A DNA stretch of 56,762 bases, counting the filler, from Dugesia japonica (lineage: Eukaryota): the NCBI GenBank assembly GCA_001938525.1. It is 6 parts of 6 records of this genome, joined end to end, with 100 filler letters (N's around TTAATTAATTAA, not from the genome) between each part and the next. Parts side by side here need not be neighbours in the genome. Positions count along the whole stretch, not along the records: positions 19,886 to 28,399 come from MQRL01621348.1; positions 28,500 to 38,152 come from MQRL01517093.1; 4 more parts are not named here. The stretch is one strand, 5' to 3'. Below the pieces are notes generated by a model. The model made no database searches, had not been told where the DNA came from, and saw nothing but the letters and a program-made list of their open reading frames with translations. Shown piece after piece: positions 21,459 through 35,800 of the stretch. How positions within the stretch are numbered: the stretch's first letter is position 1; each line of letters starts with the position of its first letter. The position numbers and the translations under genes are program-made.

Positions 21459-22073
21459 ACTACTGGCCAACCCAAGTGATCTTTCGAGCCACTTTGAAAA
21501 TGCATTATAATCTCACTGAATATATAAAATTTGGGGATGAAGATTTAAAACACAATAAATTATTATTATTTTTACATTTATCTGAGTTACAATATTCATT
21601 ACAACACTTAAAACTAAAATAATCAAAACAAAGAAATCAAACATTTTTCAAAATTATCTTGAATCTTGCGGGCCGTAAACTGATACACGGCGATATTTTT
21701 CAAAACAATTCTCTATTAAAAAATTATTATTATTTATTAGTTTGAATAATAATATTGCAAATCTCCGTAATAAATTTATTCATTTACAAGTTGCTTTGGA
21801 ATTTTTAGAAATTAAAAAGATGAATATTCATAATATTCAGACAAATTAACTCTCATCAATATTTCAATAAACGAATACATATCAAATAACTCATGTTTCA
21901 AAGATATTCAAATAATAATAATAATTATACATACATGAAAATACATTTTTATATGTATTTTAAAAATATTTATAATTTAATATTTAAATATTATGTTTTA
22001 TATTAATTAAATTAAAATTTATTATAACAAGTTTTAAAAAAATACACTTCAAACAACATTTTGTGATATAAAA

Positions 22074-22563
22074 ATGAAAATTATTAATGGATTTGATGGA
22101 AATTGGAAAAAGAGATTGAAAACAGGGGATGTGATTGTTGTTGATGATTTATATNNNNNNNNNNNNNNNNNNNNNNNNNNNNNNNNNNNNNNNNNNNNNN
22201 NNNNAAGAAGCCAATAAGGAAAGATATTTTAATACTTTATTTACAAAAATATCAAGATATTGGTGTGTTACTGTGATATTTATTACACAAAACCTATCCC
22301 ATCAAGGTGGTGATCATAGAACTTGTAATTTAAATGTTTAATATTTGGTTATATTTAAAAATCTAAGAGACCAATTTTTTGTGTATTTTCTAGCAAGACA
22401 AACGTATCCAAATAATATGCAATTTCTATTGAACTCATTTAAAGATGCGACAACATTGCTTCATGGTTAATGTTTCCTTGATTTTATGCAACAATATCCT
22501 GATGATCTTAGAGTTTTAACTGATATTTTCAATCCAAATGGTTTAACAGTCTATAAACAATAA
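22074..22563 (+). pseudogene. A32/FtsK-like packaging ATPase relic
   Basis: VIVVDDLY (Walker B), LFTKISRY...VIFITQNL, LNV*YLVIFKNLRD, LARQTYP. Confidence 0.85.
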
Positions 22564-22619
22564 AAGCTAAGTTGATTATTTGTTACAAATGGCTAAATTT
22601 TCTATAGGTTTAGTAGATC

Positions 22620-23050
22620 TTCATACAATTAAACAGGCTAGCAATCACAGCCCATTGACGTATCATCTGACAATTCAATGAAATTATGGCTATTGAAACC
22701 AAAACCAATAGCAATTTTGAAACCTCAATACAAAGTTGGTGACCATGTAAAATCTCAAAGATATCAGCTTCGCAATTCATCAAGACTTTAATAATAATTG
22801 GAGCGATGAAGTATTTCAAATATCAAAGTTCAATATCAAGCAGAACCCTGTTATATATGCGATTAAAGATCGTGAAGAAAATCTTATTTTTGGAAATTAT
22901 TTTGAAGAATTATAGGTCATAGAACAATCATCAGTATTTGAATAGAAAAGATTATAAAATCAAAAGGAACTGGTAAATATAAACAATTATATGTGTACGA
23001 TGACATGGTTACAAACGTCCTACTTGGATATCTGCATCTCAATAAGTTAA
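22620..23050 (+). pseudogene. Retroviral-type integrase C-terminus with chromodomain relic
   Basis: KPQYKVGDHV, WSDEVFQI, PVIYAIKD, EKIIKSKG..KQLYV; catalytic core absent. Confidence 0.75.
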
Positions 23051-23053
23051 CAA

Positions 23054-23990
23054 TGCACAACTTCAAAATTTGCTATACAATTTTACCTAGTAATACTTGT
23101 TTACGTATTCATCGGGGTAATAATGCTAGTAAATTCATAGTTGAACTTGATAATCATATTGACCTGAATAATAATTTGGAAGTATATATCACAATATAGA
23201 ACAATGCATAAAAATTAAATGTCAATGATGTTGCTGTTGATGTATTTGATAAAAAAAGCTTGTAAGTCATAATGAAACTTTACGATTATGATTTAATATT
23301 TGAAACTTTTGAAAGAAGCTAAAAGATTTGGATTTGATAAGTTAAGTACCGATATTTCGAATGGAGGAATTATTCCATTTCTAGACTTTAAAAATAATGA
23401 TTAGCTGAATACAATGAATGATGTATTAGAGTATTCATTATAAAATACCGCTTTATTATCTTTTGATGATGAATTATACATTAAAGATATACCAGCATTA
23501 AATGAATACATCACACATGCTTTTAGAAATATATTCAAAACTTTTATTTTAAAAAATGAACCATTTAAATTTTACACAAAAAACACATATTAAAAGAATC
23601 ATCTTTGATAGAATCCTGAAAAAAACATTGGGATTAGATAGTTTAACATATGCCTAAAGTAATATAAATATAGTTCATAAACAAGAAATATTCAAAGGAG
23701 TTAGAAACCAAAAAATAATCACCAATCTTCATCAAATGTTCATCTATAGTAATATTCTCGAACCTGTAATTATTGATGATGCAAATGATTCGTTATTGAG
23801 ATCAGTATGGTTGGCGAGTTAAGAAGATGATCAATTAGTTCAAATAATAGTCAAGAATTCAATGTATCTGCCAATCGCTACTTTATGTATTAACATCATA
23901 GAAATCAATATTAGAGACGACAGCGGTAATTAAATTAGATTTCGCCAAGACTCAAAAACTCATTTAACATTACATTCTAAAAACGTTAAT
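23054..23990 (+). pseudogene. Penton (minor capsid) relic
   Basis: ILPSN...NNASKFIVELDNHIDLNNNLEV; MFIYSNILEPVII..SLLRSV; MYLPI...IEINIRDDSG. Confidence 0.8.
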
Positions 23991-24315
23991 GGTTAATCCT
24001 GATATTATAGCATTATTTAGCACCGGGCAAACTGGCGGAGAATTATAATACTTTGTAGGAAAACAGTATGAATCAGGATAGTTGCAAACAATTTATATAT
24101 TTGCATTGCATATTCTTGCGATTGGAATGAAAACAGAACAGGGTGTAATCAATAATAAAGCAAAAGATTTACTATCACTCAAATCAAAAGCGATGAATGA
24201 ATTCAACAACTTTATGAATTCATGTGTTCTTTCAAAAATGATGTCAAAACCAAAGAATGAAATAAATCTTAAAGGTAATGGCATACAACGTAAGAATTCT
24301 ATTTTGATAGAATAA
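23989..24315 (+). pseudogene. Core protein relic (QxGG...F.G motif)
   Basis: GQTGGEL*YFVGKQYESG at the N-terminus and LKGNG near the C-terminus; lies between penton and MCP. Confidence 0.55.
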
Positions 24316-24349
24316 ACAAACGAATTAAAAGATGTAAAGCCATATTTCA

Positions 24350-25170
24350 TTAATGATTTGTGGAAAAACTGAATTGTGCATTTTCGACTGTCCATTAATT
24401 CAAGGTTTTATTGAGTATGGAATATTTGAATATGTGTTTCTAATGAATAATATTTCTGAAAGTACAAATGATGTAGAGTTTTTNNNNNNNNNNNNNNNNN
24501 NNNNNNNNNNNNATTTGAATGACACTCTCTTAAGTGAAGATAGTTGACAAAAATTGAGAGGATTTGAAACCAAGTTCCGGTGTTGTACCTACGAATTTCA
24601 TGTTGTATACTATTCAAAGAATGCATTATTCAATTAAACAATATTAAAGTTGACGGTGGTACTCAAAGCATTGACTGGGACTATTTTGAACTATAATAGA
24701 GATACAAAGGATGTTTCTACAAACGCAATCAGCTATGGAAATGATGATTTAGACAAACAAGCATTAGATCATCAAAACCATGGACTCTATGTGGTCCTAG
24801 ACTTCATGGATCAACCAAAATATTTTATTCCAGGTGTTAATGCTCAAATTCGATTGAAAAGATCGAATCCAAGAATGTGTTTAGAATAAAAATTGATGAA
24901 GCAAAATACAATTGTATAATATGCAATTAGTGAAGACAGTTTATCGTTTTATAAGTAACAAATCTTTGGAGATCGTAGATTACCAACTTTTATTCTCGTT
25001 GCATTTCAATATGGAGAACGATATAAAGAAAACTATCAAATACACTTTCCAATAATTTCAATGTTAAATCAATTACTCTATCTAAAAACGGAGAATACAG
25101 AAAGATTATACTCAAGATTTTAAAAATAATGATTATAATATATATGCAATCATTGATGCAATCGATAGTT
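24350..25170 (+). pseudogene. Major capsid protein (double jelly-roll) relic
   Basis: TELCIFDCPLIQGFIE, DFMDQPKYFIPGVNAQIRLKRS, NLFGDRRLPTFILVAF. Confidence 0.8.
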
Positions 25171-25646
25171 ATTAATTTTTATTTTTAAATTTAAATTTAT
25201 AACAAAATATAAAATAATAAAAAATATGGCTCATTGTCAAAATATATCTGTTTCCCAAAGTATATCAGTTAATCAACCCATGCCTTTTCAAGATATGCCC
25301 GATGTTTGAAATATGCATGTTGCTCCAAATTTTTCTATTAATCAAGCTATGGCTTATTATCAAGTTGTGTCTTTTTTATGAAAATATGACTGTTGATCTA
25401 AATATACCATGCCTTTTCAAAATATGTCAGATGTTCGAAATATTCATGCTGTTCTAGATTTATCTAATGTGACCAGAAATTTTACGAGTTCATTTATGAT
25501 TTATCAATTTTAAATTATTGTTATATTTCAATGTCCCTCTATTTTAAATTATGTTTTTATTTTGAATTTCTTTTAAATTTTTCTTTATTTTACTATCCTA
25601 ACATTTTACACATTTAACATATTTTACTAGTATTATTATTATTTTT

Positions 25647-25649
<3 letters not shown>

Positions 25650-25698
<49 letters not shown>

Positions 25699-25774
25699 NN
25701 NNNNNNNNNNNNNNNNNNNNNNNNNNNNNNNNNNNNNNNNNNNNNNNNNNNNNNNNNNNNNNNNNNNNNNNNNN

Positions 25775-25836
<62 letters not shown>
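25650..25836. repeat. (TTA)n microsatellite spanning a gap
   Basis: Read directly; similar tracts at 28500-28565, 29351-29395, 34757-34933 and 36806-36868. Confidence 0.95.
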
Positions 25837-26399
25837 TCCATTTTTCATAGAGGAACATTATTATTTTTAATTAATTATTTAAATTTATTTAATTATTTAA
25901 AATTTTTATCGTTATTTTAATTAATGTTTATTATTTTTTATAATTGTAATAAATGCTTTATAAGATTAACACACATCTTTTTATTATAGGAAAATGTAAA
26001 CTATATCATAATTACTGTGGTAACGGAATACATAATACTTCTTGCGATAAAGTTATAGAGAAGTACTATGGTCTTGTTTATTGCAGAAATAATTATTTCT
26101 TATGTCCTGCATGCATTACACTAGGATTAGACACATCAATCATTTTATAAATCGCACGCATACCATTTAAATAAATTTATTAAAAAGAAGAAAGAAAGAT
26201 TAATTAAAATGTTGAGAAAACTTAGATAAGTGCACCTCCCTTTAAGATATTTAAACCAGAGGTGTTAGTTATAGTTGAAAGTGACAAGGAAAATAAGATG
26301 GAACCAGAGGAAATTCAACTAGAGGTGGTAATTGAATATTATTTTCTCTAAATATTATTATTATTATTATCGAATATTATTTTCCTAAATATCAAAAAT

Positions 26400-27240
26400 A
26401 TTTTGGAGAACTTATATTTGACGAAAAAGATTTTTCAATGAAGTGGGCGAATATTTCCTTATTTGAAAAGAATAACCCGGGATTGGCTGTTAATATATTA
26501 TCATGGAGTTCAAATTTAATTAAAATATGAAATTGTAATGAAACATCCAAACTTAGATATTATTCATAGGTCCAAGGTAACTGATGGAAGAAAAACGTTT
26601 TTGTTATTACTAGAAAATAGAGAAAATTATCACTATACTGCTGTAATGAATTTGAACAAACTATTAAATATGAATTTGAAAACCAGTGGCGTTTTAATTC
26701 AATCAATATGGTGTGGAAATTGTATGAATGGATTCAAGAACAATACAGCTTTAGAGACTCATGCAGCTATGTGCGATTAGATCAAAACTGGAACGACTTT
26801 ATACAAAATGGCTAGCGAGAAGGAACCACCTTTTTTATTTTCGTTGATTTCAAATCAGTATTGGAAAAGGACGAACAGTATCACCAGAAACATGTACCTA
26901 TTTCTGATGGACTTTTATTAGTTAACAACTTTACTAATGAAGTCAAATATCAACAGTTTATAGAATATGAATGTATTTATGAATTTTTAAAAATGATTAG
27001 AAACATTACCAGAAACATTGTACATATTATGAAAAAAACAGTAAAAAGAAAATGATTATTAGAGCAGCTGGAGAAATAGAATTTAAAAGATCAACTATAT
27101 GTTATTTGTGTGGGAAATCACTTCAAAATCCTATTAGAGATCATGATCACTTCACAGGGAAATACTTGAGAGCCTCATGCTCAATTGTAACTTGAGTAGG
27201 AAAATTCGGTTAGAATTACCCTTTGTATTTCATAATCTTA
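26400..27240 (+). pseudogene. pPolB N-terminal/exonuclease relic with endonuclease VII (HNH) insert
   Basis: ISLFEKNNPGLAVNI, LLLLE..ENYHYTAVMNLNKLL, CGNCMNGF...LETH...C, CYLCGK....IRDHDHFTGKY, FVFHNL. Confidence 0.85.
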
Positions 27241-28443
27241 TAGGTTTATTTTGCGGTTCATTGTGTATTACTAATTATCNAATATTAAATGTAATATAAT
27301 GTTGAAAAGTTTTAAATATATTATTATAAAATTTTTAATTCCAGCAAAAAGCGGTAAATATTTAACACATGAAATAAATAGAAATAATAAAACAAATTCG
27401 TCAAGTATTAATTTTTTTAATGAGTTTTAATAAATTTGGGTTTGTGAATAATTTTTGTTTCATAAAACAAAGTTTTAATATAGAAATATCACATAGCTTA
27501 TCACAAAAGTATTATGAATAAAACACCGAAAAATGATTATAATTAAATTCAATGAAATTGAACTATTTAATGAAACTTGAGTATACTGCACAAGTGACAA
27601 AAATGTTCGAATTATTCTTTTGAAATGCTTCATTTTCAAATATATTTTCTTATAATTCCACAGAATTTTTCACTGCTTATTTTATATTAAGTTTACAGCG
27701 AATTTACTATTATTAAATTTGAACATTGCAGAAATGTGCTAATTATTTTTCTCTATTTCAATGTGCAAGCAAATTCGACACGTTTATAATATAACTTGTT
27801 TTTTTTGTGTTTCTACAATATAACGCATTTTATATAATTCAGAATTTCCCTTAGGCAATCAAATGTATCAAGGGATTTCGAATCTGATAACTGGTTGAAA
27901 ATCGACAGATGTTTCTGTAAATCACAACCGTTGACACGAATTCATCTTTAATTCCATAAGCAAACAGTACATTTATTATCCAAATAGATTCAAAGAAAAG
28001 AATGATAAAATAACGATTAACGATTTAAAAGTACTTGGAATTTAATTAACAGTTAAAATTAGTTTTTTTCTTTTAGTAAGTTAAACTTTTTAAGAAAATA
28101 TAAAAATTAATAGCTCACTTTTAATTAAACAATATCCAATTAAAATTTCTAATATTTTGTTCAATTGTTGAAACATATTTCCTTACATCAATATTATTCT
28201 TACAACACAATCAATTGTGATTTACAACAACTAATTGCACATATTTATTTTAAGTTGTTTTTGTCGTCGTATTCTTATTGGTGGTTAATTTTACAAAATG
28301 TGAAAATTAGAATTCATTTTTCACCAAAGTGTTATTGGTTAAAAATCTATTAATATATCTCTACCTCTTAGTTATCTTTGACTAATTGATGATGATGATN
28401 NNNNNNNNNNNNNNNNNNNNNNNNNNNNNNNNNNNNNNNNNNN

Positions 28444-28455
28444 TTAATTAATTAA
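28444..28455. other. Artificial contig linker
   Basis: TTAATTAATTAA within Ns. Confidence 0.95.
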
Positions 28456-28499
28456 NNNNNNNNNNNNNNNNNNNNNNNNNNNNNNNNNNNNNNNNNNNN

Positions 28500-28566
<67 letters not shown>

Positions 28567-29349
28567 TAATATGCATAAAATATATGTGTGAATAATCTAA
28601 CTATATAAAAAGCTGAGAGGATAATAAGACAATCCAGAATCGGCTTGAGGTAGTCACCTCTGATATAAATATCTTTGTAAAAATTGATATTTGGTATTCA
28701 CTGCCGTGTACAAAATTATAAATATAGTATTCTTAACAAATTCCCAATTTTTATCCCCATTTTATCAACAATGTATCTCATTTGAATTATGATATAATTT
28801 TATGTAAATGAGAATTTTATCTGTAAATAGTAATAGCATGCCATTTTAAATCCGTCTATTTAATATCGTTTGCTGTAAATCATTTATTCAAAAGTCATTT
28901 TTTTAAAATTCCACAAATATGTTAAAATAGTAAAATTATCTAGTGAAATTTGTTATGCGGATAGAAATTTTAGGGATAGATAATTAATTATTCTGATATT
29001 TAGCGCTCTATCGGAACATTCTGCCAAAATTATGGGAAATTATCCAACCACACTAACAGCGCATACGCATATTTAATAATACTCCACTAAACATTGGCAG
29101 AGTTGATGGTTTTCTCAAATTTGTCTGCTACTACTGCTGATACACATTTTATTGCTAGAAAAGAAATTTTAATATAGTTTATCAAATCATTTTTCATTAG
29201 TCAATTTTTTAACTGTATTAAATAAAATATATTTCTGTTTTTTTTAATTTTCATTTTAATTTTNNNNNNNNNNNNNNNNNNNNNNNNNNNNNNNNNNNNN
29301 NNNNNNNNNNNNNNNNNNNAATAATTATTCTTAATTTTGATCGAACAAA

Positions 29350-29396
<47 letters not shown>

Positions 29397-31026
29397 TATA
29401 CTACACATATTGATGATTTTCAAGTTCTTTTTAATTTACCATTTGAAACAATACTTTGAATCTTGCGAGTTAAGAGTTTTAAATTAAGTTTTAAAGTATG
29501 CGTGAAATAGATTTAATAAATTAAATATAATATTAAATTTTGTTTATTAATCAAATTTGTTTATTTTAAGTTACGTTTTAATAGAAAAAATTTCAATTAA
29601 ATAAAGAAATTGTTTTGACTTAATTTTTTGATAATAATGGTTATCTTAATAGGCATTTAATTTCCTAATAATTAATGCTGTAAAAGAAACACACTAAAAG
29701 GGAAAGGAAATACAGTTGTTTGTTATTAAATATACTAATTTGTTTAAACCATTCAATAATTAAATTAAATAGCTGAATGTGATTCATCGTTATTGATTAT
29801 TACTTACATTTATATAAAGAAACTTAGACATCCGTTGCTTTTTCCTTTTGAAAAAATATTTATTCTATTTTTGTTTTAATTCTTCAATCTTTTTCAGTAA
29901 ACCTGAAATAAAGAACTGAAGTATTCAATTACAAAACAATAGCCGAGCAATAATTTACAATGTTTTATAACTTTTTATTAAGGAATTATAATAAAATTAA
30001 ATAAATAAAATTATTTATTAAATAAATGTGTCGTTGTATTTAACTAATTAATTAATTTGAATATACAATACTCTCGGATAATTTGCAGAAATAATTATTG
30101 AGGTAAATGTCACATCCGGCACGGTTTTCTCTTTTATTTTTAACTATAAATGAAAAGTAATGATAATTGTAATGAAATAAAAGTTAAATTTCAAAAAAAT
30201 GTAGTAAAAAAGAACAAAATAAAAAATTTCTCAAAAATCTTTAAAAATATTTTTAAAAGATGAAAATAAAAAAAATTTTAAAAAACATTAAAATATTGTA
30301 ATAATAAAGTAAATATAAGCTTGGGATATGTTTTATGTTGTTATTTAAGATTTTTCTATCGGAAATTTCGAAAAAAATGAATGGTAAGTAATTAAAGGTG
30401 CCTTTTATTAATAGTGTAGCATTAATTAGAGAGGAGATTTAAAAATCTGAATCATATGTTTTGATTGCAATCGGATTTATGTTGTTTTAATTTTTTGTCA
30501 AATAAAATGGCAAAATACTGTTAATCAGTTTTTGTATTCTTGATATACTTAAAACTAGTAGCAATTTTCATATTTTTATAATCATTCTAAAACACTTCTT
30601 GTGTTAAAAATTTAGTGTTTGCGCTTCATTTTTCATTTTGTAAACATTAAACTAATTTTAGTTTAATTTTAATACAAAAAATTAATTAATAAATTTTTAA
30701 TTTCAATTTACAGTGCTTTCATGCCTATCTATAGTTTTCCTTTAATTATTGCACGTATAAACCTTATATTTTAACTTTAAAATTCTGTTTTAATGTAAAA
30801 TACGAAAATGTACGGAAACAATACAGAGAAGTTACCAAATGGTTGATGAAGTCTTAATCAGCAGTTTAGTCAAGTTGCTGTTGAGTGAGTGAAATGAAAA
30901 ATATAAAATCAACGAAATAAAAATAACAACTTGATAACAATAGTTTTTTAAATTTTTTAATTTAACTTTGAAATTTTACTGTAGATTTGAGAAGTTTTTA
31001 ATTACTAACTTGAACATGATTGGATA

Positions 31027-31496
31027 AAGCTTCGATCAAATGTATTTTTGTTTTTGATAATAGTTCTAATTTTCGAACTTGTCTTCGTCATTGATTTTTT
31101 TTTTGATTTATTCAATATTTATTTTTACAATAGTAATTTATTTTTGAATTAATTTATTTTACTGAATTTTAATTGGTTAATTTTAATTTTTGAATTATTA
31201 TAAATTACATTGATTTTGGGATTATCTTCTTTAATAAGTAATTCTTCATGTTTTTTCCTGTGAAGTGTGAAAATGTAATATATAATAATAAAATGTAATT
31301 ATAATTATTAAGTAATTAATAATTTTAAAAAATTAAAATTAACCAATTAAAATTCCGTAAAATAAATTATTTCTAAAGCAAATTACTATTGTAAAAATAA
31401 ATATTGAATAAATCAAAAAAAGACAATTCCTGACGAAGATAAAAGTCGAAAATTAGAATTATTACCAAAAACAAAAAATAAATTTGATCGAAGCTT
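31027..31496. mobile_element. Foldback/MITE-like element with ~170-185 bp imperfect inverted arms
   Basis: AAGCTTCGATCAAAT...TCTTCGTCA...TTTACAATAGTAATTT...AATTGGTTAATTTTAATTTTT is mirrored by 31320-31496, which ends ATTTGATCGAAGCTT. Confidence 0.85.
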
Positions 31497-33355
31497 CCTT
31501 TTAATGAAAAATAAAATTGTTATTTATTGTAAAATTTCAAAAATATTTAATAATAATTAATTAATAATTATAAAAACAAATAATAAATAATAATAATGTT
31601 GGGCTGAAACAGCCTCAAGTAACATATGAAAATCAGAGAAAGAAACAGATAAACAGACAATAATAAAATGAATAAGAAAATAAATCAAACTATTTAAATA
31701 ATCGAAAAGGAGAATGTATAATCAAACAAGGAAAATTTATTATTATTTATAATTTATATAAAGGTGTTTAAAGTATTCATGTATTAAAAATAAAATTATA
31801 TTGATGAGAGAAAAAGAAAGATTAAAACAAATAATTATATTAAAATGTTTTGATATTATTATAGGAAAAGAAAAGCAAAATAAATCATCATAATCAATTT
31901 AAATAATAAAATAATAGATTATTAGTCAGGTTTAAGTATTATTATCTTAATTTTATAAAAAATATAAAAATGTGAAATTATTATTTTTATCGATAAATAT
32001 AATTAAAATTATTATTATTCAATAAATATTATTATTTATAATGAACCCGGAGGAATTATAACAGAAAAATTATTTGTAGAAGAAGGTCTTATGATTTTCT
32101 GTAAGAATTCAGTATTGATTTGTTCATATTTGCATGTGATTGTGTTGTTATTTTTATTTCTAAAACTCTTACAAGTTTTAGAAAATTATTTTTCTTTAAG
32201 AAAAAGATTATTTTTTTAATCATCTCCACTTGAGGAAAAAAACATAGAACATCTGTGAGCTTATAAACCGCTGCAGAATTAACAAAAAATAAAAAGAATC
32301 ACGGCCATATTTGGACATCTCTGTGGAAACTATGGGTGAGCAACGTAAGATTTCTTGCAATAGAAATCTAAAGTTGACGCCAACTGTATCTGTCAAAATT
32401 TGACGATACAATGGAGTATAAAAAAAGCATTTTTCCGAAAAATTACTCTTAAAAAATTCATTTTCAGCTCTTGTTGATTTATAGTTAAAAATCGCAAGTA
32501 GCATTTTTTATAAAACTATAACAATTCACGGAGACAAGTAATTATTTATAAATTGTTCATTATAACATAAATTATTGAGCATTATTTGAAAGGAACTGAG
32601 GCAATGTTCGTCAAAAGTTGGTCCAGCCGACTGTGACGATCGTTGTACATCAGATACCTCGAGATTGTCCACTCTAAAATTTAATAAATATGAAATATGT
32701 TATAAAATATGATGGAACAAGGGTTAATGATACTATAAGCATTGATGAGTGGTGGTTGGATTCTGTCTTTTTATTTATCTTACTTTAATATTGCGGTTGT
32801 AATTGTTGTAAAAATATCAATTCGATTTAATGAACATATCTAGACTTCTTGTTTCGATTATTAGATTGTTTCATATTGATAATGATCATGTTATAGAATA
32901 CTTATTAATATGTCACATATAATTCGCTTTATGAATATTTTATATAATTTGATGCTCATTATATGATAATAATTAAATTGATAATTAAATATTAATAGCC
33001 TTTTCATTTAAAAGTTTAACATGACAGAACGACCATTCGTCATTTGGAGAGAGGAATTTGCGTTTCTCCCAGGAATATTTTCCGAAAGAATAAACATTGG
33101 TCAGGCTGAATAAATAGAGGTTTATGATATGCATGTTTTAATAAAGTTGAAATAATATTAATCTAATGAAGATCCAACTCCATATAAAATGACGAGTGAT
33201 CGATGATCTGTTGGATTTATGGCAAATATGTGACAAGTTTAACTCGTTAAATTGATAATCAGTGGTCACTGAGTATTATTCCATTAATAATTTAATAAAT
33301 GTCTGCATTATATTTTTATATAAACCTAATCATAGAAACATTATTTCGTACTTAG

Positions 33356-33883
33356 ATGTCTCGACAGATAACTAAAACGGAAGCAGCTATGTCAACGACA
33401 GAATGGACTTTCACAACGTCTAAATGTAATAATGTGCCAGTGTTAAGGGACTCGCTTGGAATCGAAGGAGCGAATGTGGATCCCTGGTGGATTACCCAGG
33501 ATCAATTGAAAGCAAATAGCGAGGAAATTAGAGGAATGCGAGCAGAGATGGTCCAACAAAATTAACAGTAAGCGGAACAACTTCAACGGATTGATGTATT
33601 ACAAACTCGTGTTGATCAGCAGGAACAGGATTACAATCAACAGTTACTCGAAGTAACCAAATGGCAAGAAGAACGAGAAAAGTAGTTGATGACATTGCTC
33701 ATTAGAACCACCGAGCTAGCTAAGCACCAACAGCACTTGATACAAGCCATGCGCAACACTCAGATAGAGTTCGAGGAGTATGCGAAGATGTCTAAACGGT
33801 TATCAAACAAGATCGAAGTAGTGCTCCAGCAAATTCTCACCCCACTGGATAAGACTTACATCATTACCGAAACTATTGTGTGA
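33356..33883 (+). pseudogene. Cassette ORF-A homolog (copy C) with in-frame stops
   Basis: 33356-33565 and 33686-33883 share one frame, separated by stops. Q/E-rich coiled coil; CTTAG|ATG acceptor; C-terminus similar to 8742-9173. Confidence 0.65.
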
Positions 33884-34150
33884 TTGTTTATTGAAAGCAA
33901 TATAATTTTAGTTTATCAACTCTCTTCTCTTAAATTTTAGTTCATATATAAAATCCATAATGTAATAATCCATATAATATAATATAATATTATAATATAT
34001 AATAATCCATAAAGAAACTTCGGAAACAAATGCATTAATAATATAAACTATTCCGTATTATAACTTTAAGACCTGATGAAAATTACATTAATAATTGAAA
34101 AATTTAATAATCGGTTTGATAAACGAAATGATATCACTTAATTAATTATA

Positions 34151-34471
34151 GTGTCGAATGCAATAAAACTAACAACAGACACTTCGATGGCCGATCTGCG
34201 AAAGAAATGGTGCTCCCTGCACAACAAACAACAGAACGAGATCACCGAAATGCAACACAAAAACGCACAACTCCGGGAGAAAAACAGTCGACTGCAGGAA
34301 CGAGATCTGGCATTATCACAGACATGTCGCATGATGGCAGATATAAATAAAGTATATGCAAATCGGGAAGGAGTGCTAATGGCAATGGTGTGAACTCTGA
34401 CTCAGGTATCCAAGATCAAAAGGGAGCTGACCAAGGAGAAGAACAAGGAAATCATCGACTTGGACGAATGA
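34151..34471 (+). pseudogene. Cassette ORF-B homolog (copy C), one internal TGA
   Basis: RDLALSQTCRMMADINKVYANRE; reading through the TGA at 34391 ends EIIDLDE*, compared with QTVDLDA* in copy A. Confidence 0.75.
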
Positions 34472-34595
34472 AGGATTTTAAATGAAATAATGTTTTCTTA
34501 CAGAAATTGTTCTAATTGAAGTGTAAAATCCTAATTAATAATGACCAATAATATCAACGAGTGAAGAGCCAAATAAAATCGAAATTGAAAATCAC

Positions 34596-34702
34596 AGGAC
34601 AGGATACAGCATAGTCCCGCTGAATCCTGGAATAGGGGATCGTGGTGATGCGAGATATAGCATCACAAATTTCTGTGTTTACTAGGTATCATCCCTCAGA
34701 CA
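34596..34702 (-). ncRNA. Conserved structured motif, copy C
   Basis: Minus strand reads GAGGGATGATACCTAGTAAACACAGAAATTTGTGATGC..GCATCAC..ATCCCCT..GATTCA-GCGGGA-CTATGCTGTA-TCCTGT. Confidence 0.55.
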
Positions 34703-34754
34703 TTACTATAATTCGTAAAGAAGAAAAACTAATCAAGAGAGAAGAATAATAAGA

Positions 34755-34818
<64 letters not shown>

Positions 34819-34868
34819 NNNNNNNNNNNNNNNNNNNNNNNNNNNNNNNNNNNNNNNNNNNNNNNNNN

Positions 34869-34934
<66 letters not shown>

Positions 34935-35800
34935 GCATTTGAATTTCATCTATCAAAAATCAATAAATTTAATTATAGTAAATAAAGTCGAAAAATTAAA
35001 ATGTGTAAATCTACAATTACTTTAACTTTGCATTTTCTGAACAAGTCTTATTAGCCCCCTCAAGTGTTTTAAAGACAAAGAACAAATCGTCGTATATCCA
35101 CAATATTGTCTTCAATCATTTCACTAATGACAAAATGAAACTTTTCAGGGTCGATTTCACAAACTGTTATTTTCTCTCTACCTATCTGATACTCAATCCT
35201 AATCGAGACGACGATTAACCACTGGGAAATGTAATATTAATACTATTGGAAAGATATTGATTTCCAAAAGAGAAAACATATTAAATATCATTCAACAGAG
35301 CATGATTTTGCGATTTTGCTATTTCTTTTGTACTAATTTAAAAAATATTATTATTAATATATAATTAAAATTTCTAATAAAATTAATCGAGTGATATATT
35401 CAAACAAATTAAACCAGGTGAAAAATTTTTTTATGATTCCAATGTAACATTTCTCAATAAATTACAAAAAGTAATTGATTTTTAAATGCATTGAAAAGTT
35501 TACAATTTGTTTTAATTAATTTAAAAATTTATAAAGATATATTTTGTGTGTGTGTGTATGCTTAATATATGAATAGATTATTTTATAAAAATAAAGAAAT
35601 TTTGAGTGTAGAAAAATTTTCATATAAAAAACATGCGTTGATCAATATGATCTGATCTGTGAATTTCAACCATTCAAATTTCAGTAAATCGGGACACAAA
35701 ATTCACAAGTGCAGGAAATAAATCAATTACTCAAATTGAAAAAATATTACTAGGGCGTTTGTTTTATTAAATTACTCTGCCAATAAAAACTCTATTAATT

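Larger units (their letters stand above)
22074..27240 (+). mobile_element. Second, heavily decayed Polinton/Maverick
   Basis: Ordered relics of ATPase, integrase C-terminus, penton, core protein, MCP and pPolB. Confidence 0.9.

Noticed and set aside
25614-25848. Poly-Ile/poly-Asn ORFs (also 34689-34956)
   Set aside because: Translations of (TTA)n microsatellites and N runs.
11234-27240. Joining the two Polinton regions into one complete element (the first lacks MCP/integrase, the second has them)
   Set aside because: Separated by an artificial linker, on opposite strands, very different decay, and each has its own pPolB and penton.
34065-34120. Hammerhead-like CTGATGA...GAAA between ORF-A and ORF-B
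   Set aside because: Stem II is AU-only, stems I and III do not pair convincingly, and it is not seen in other copies.
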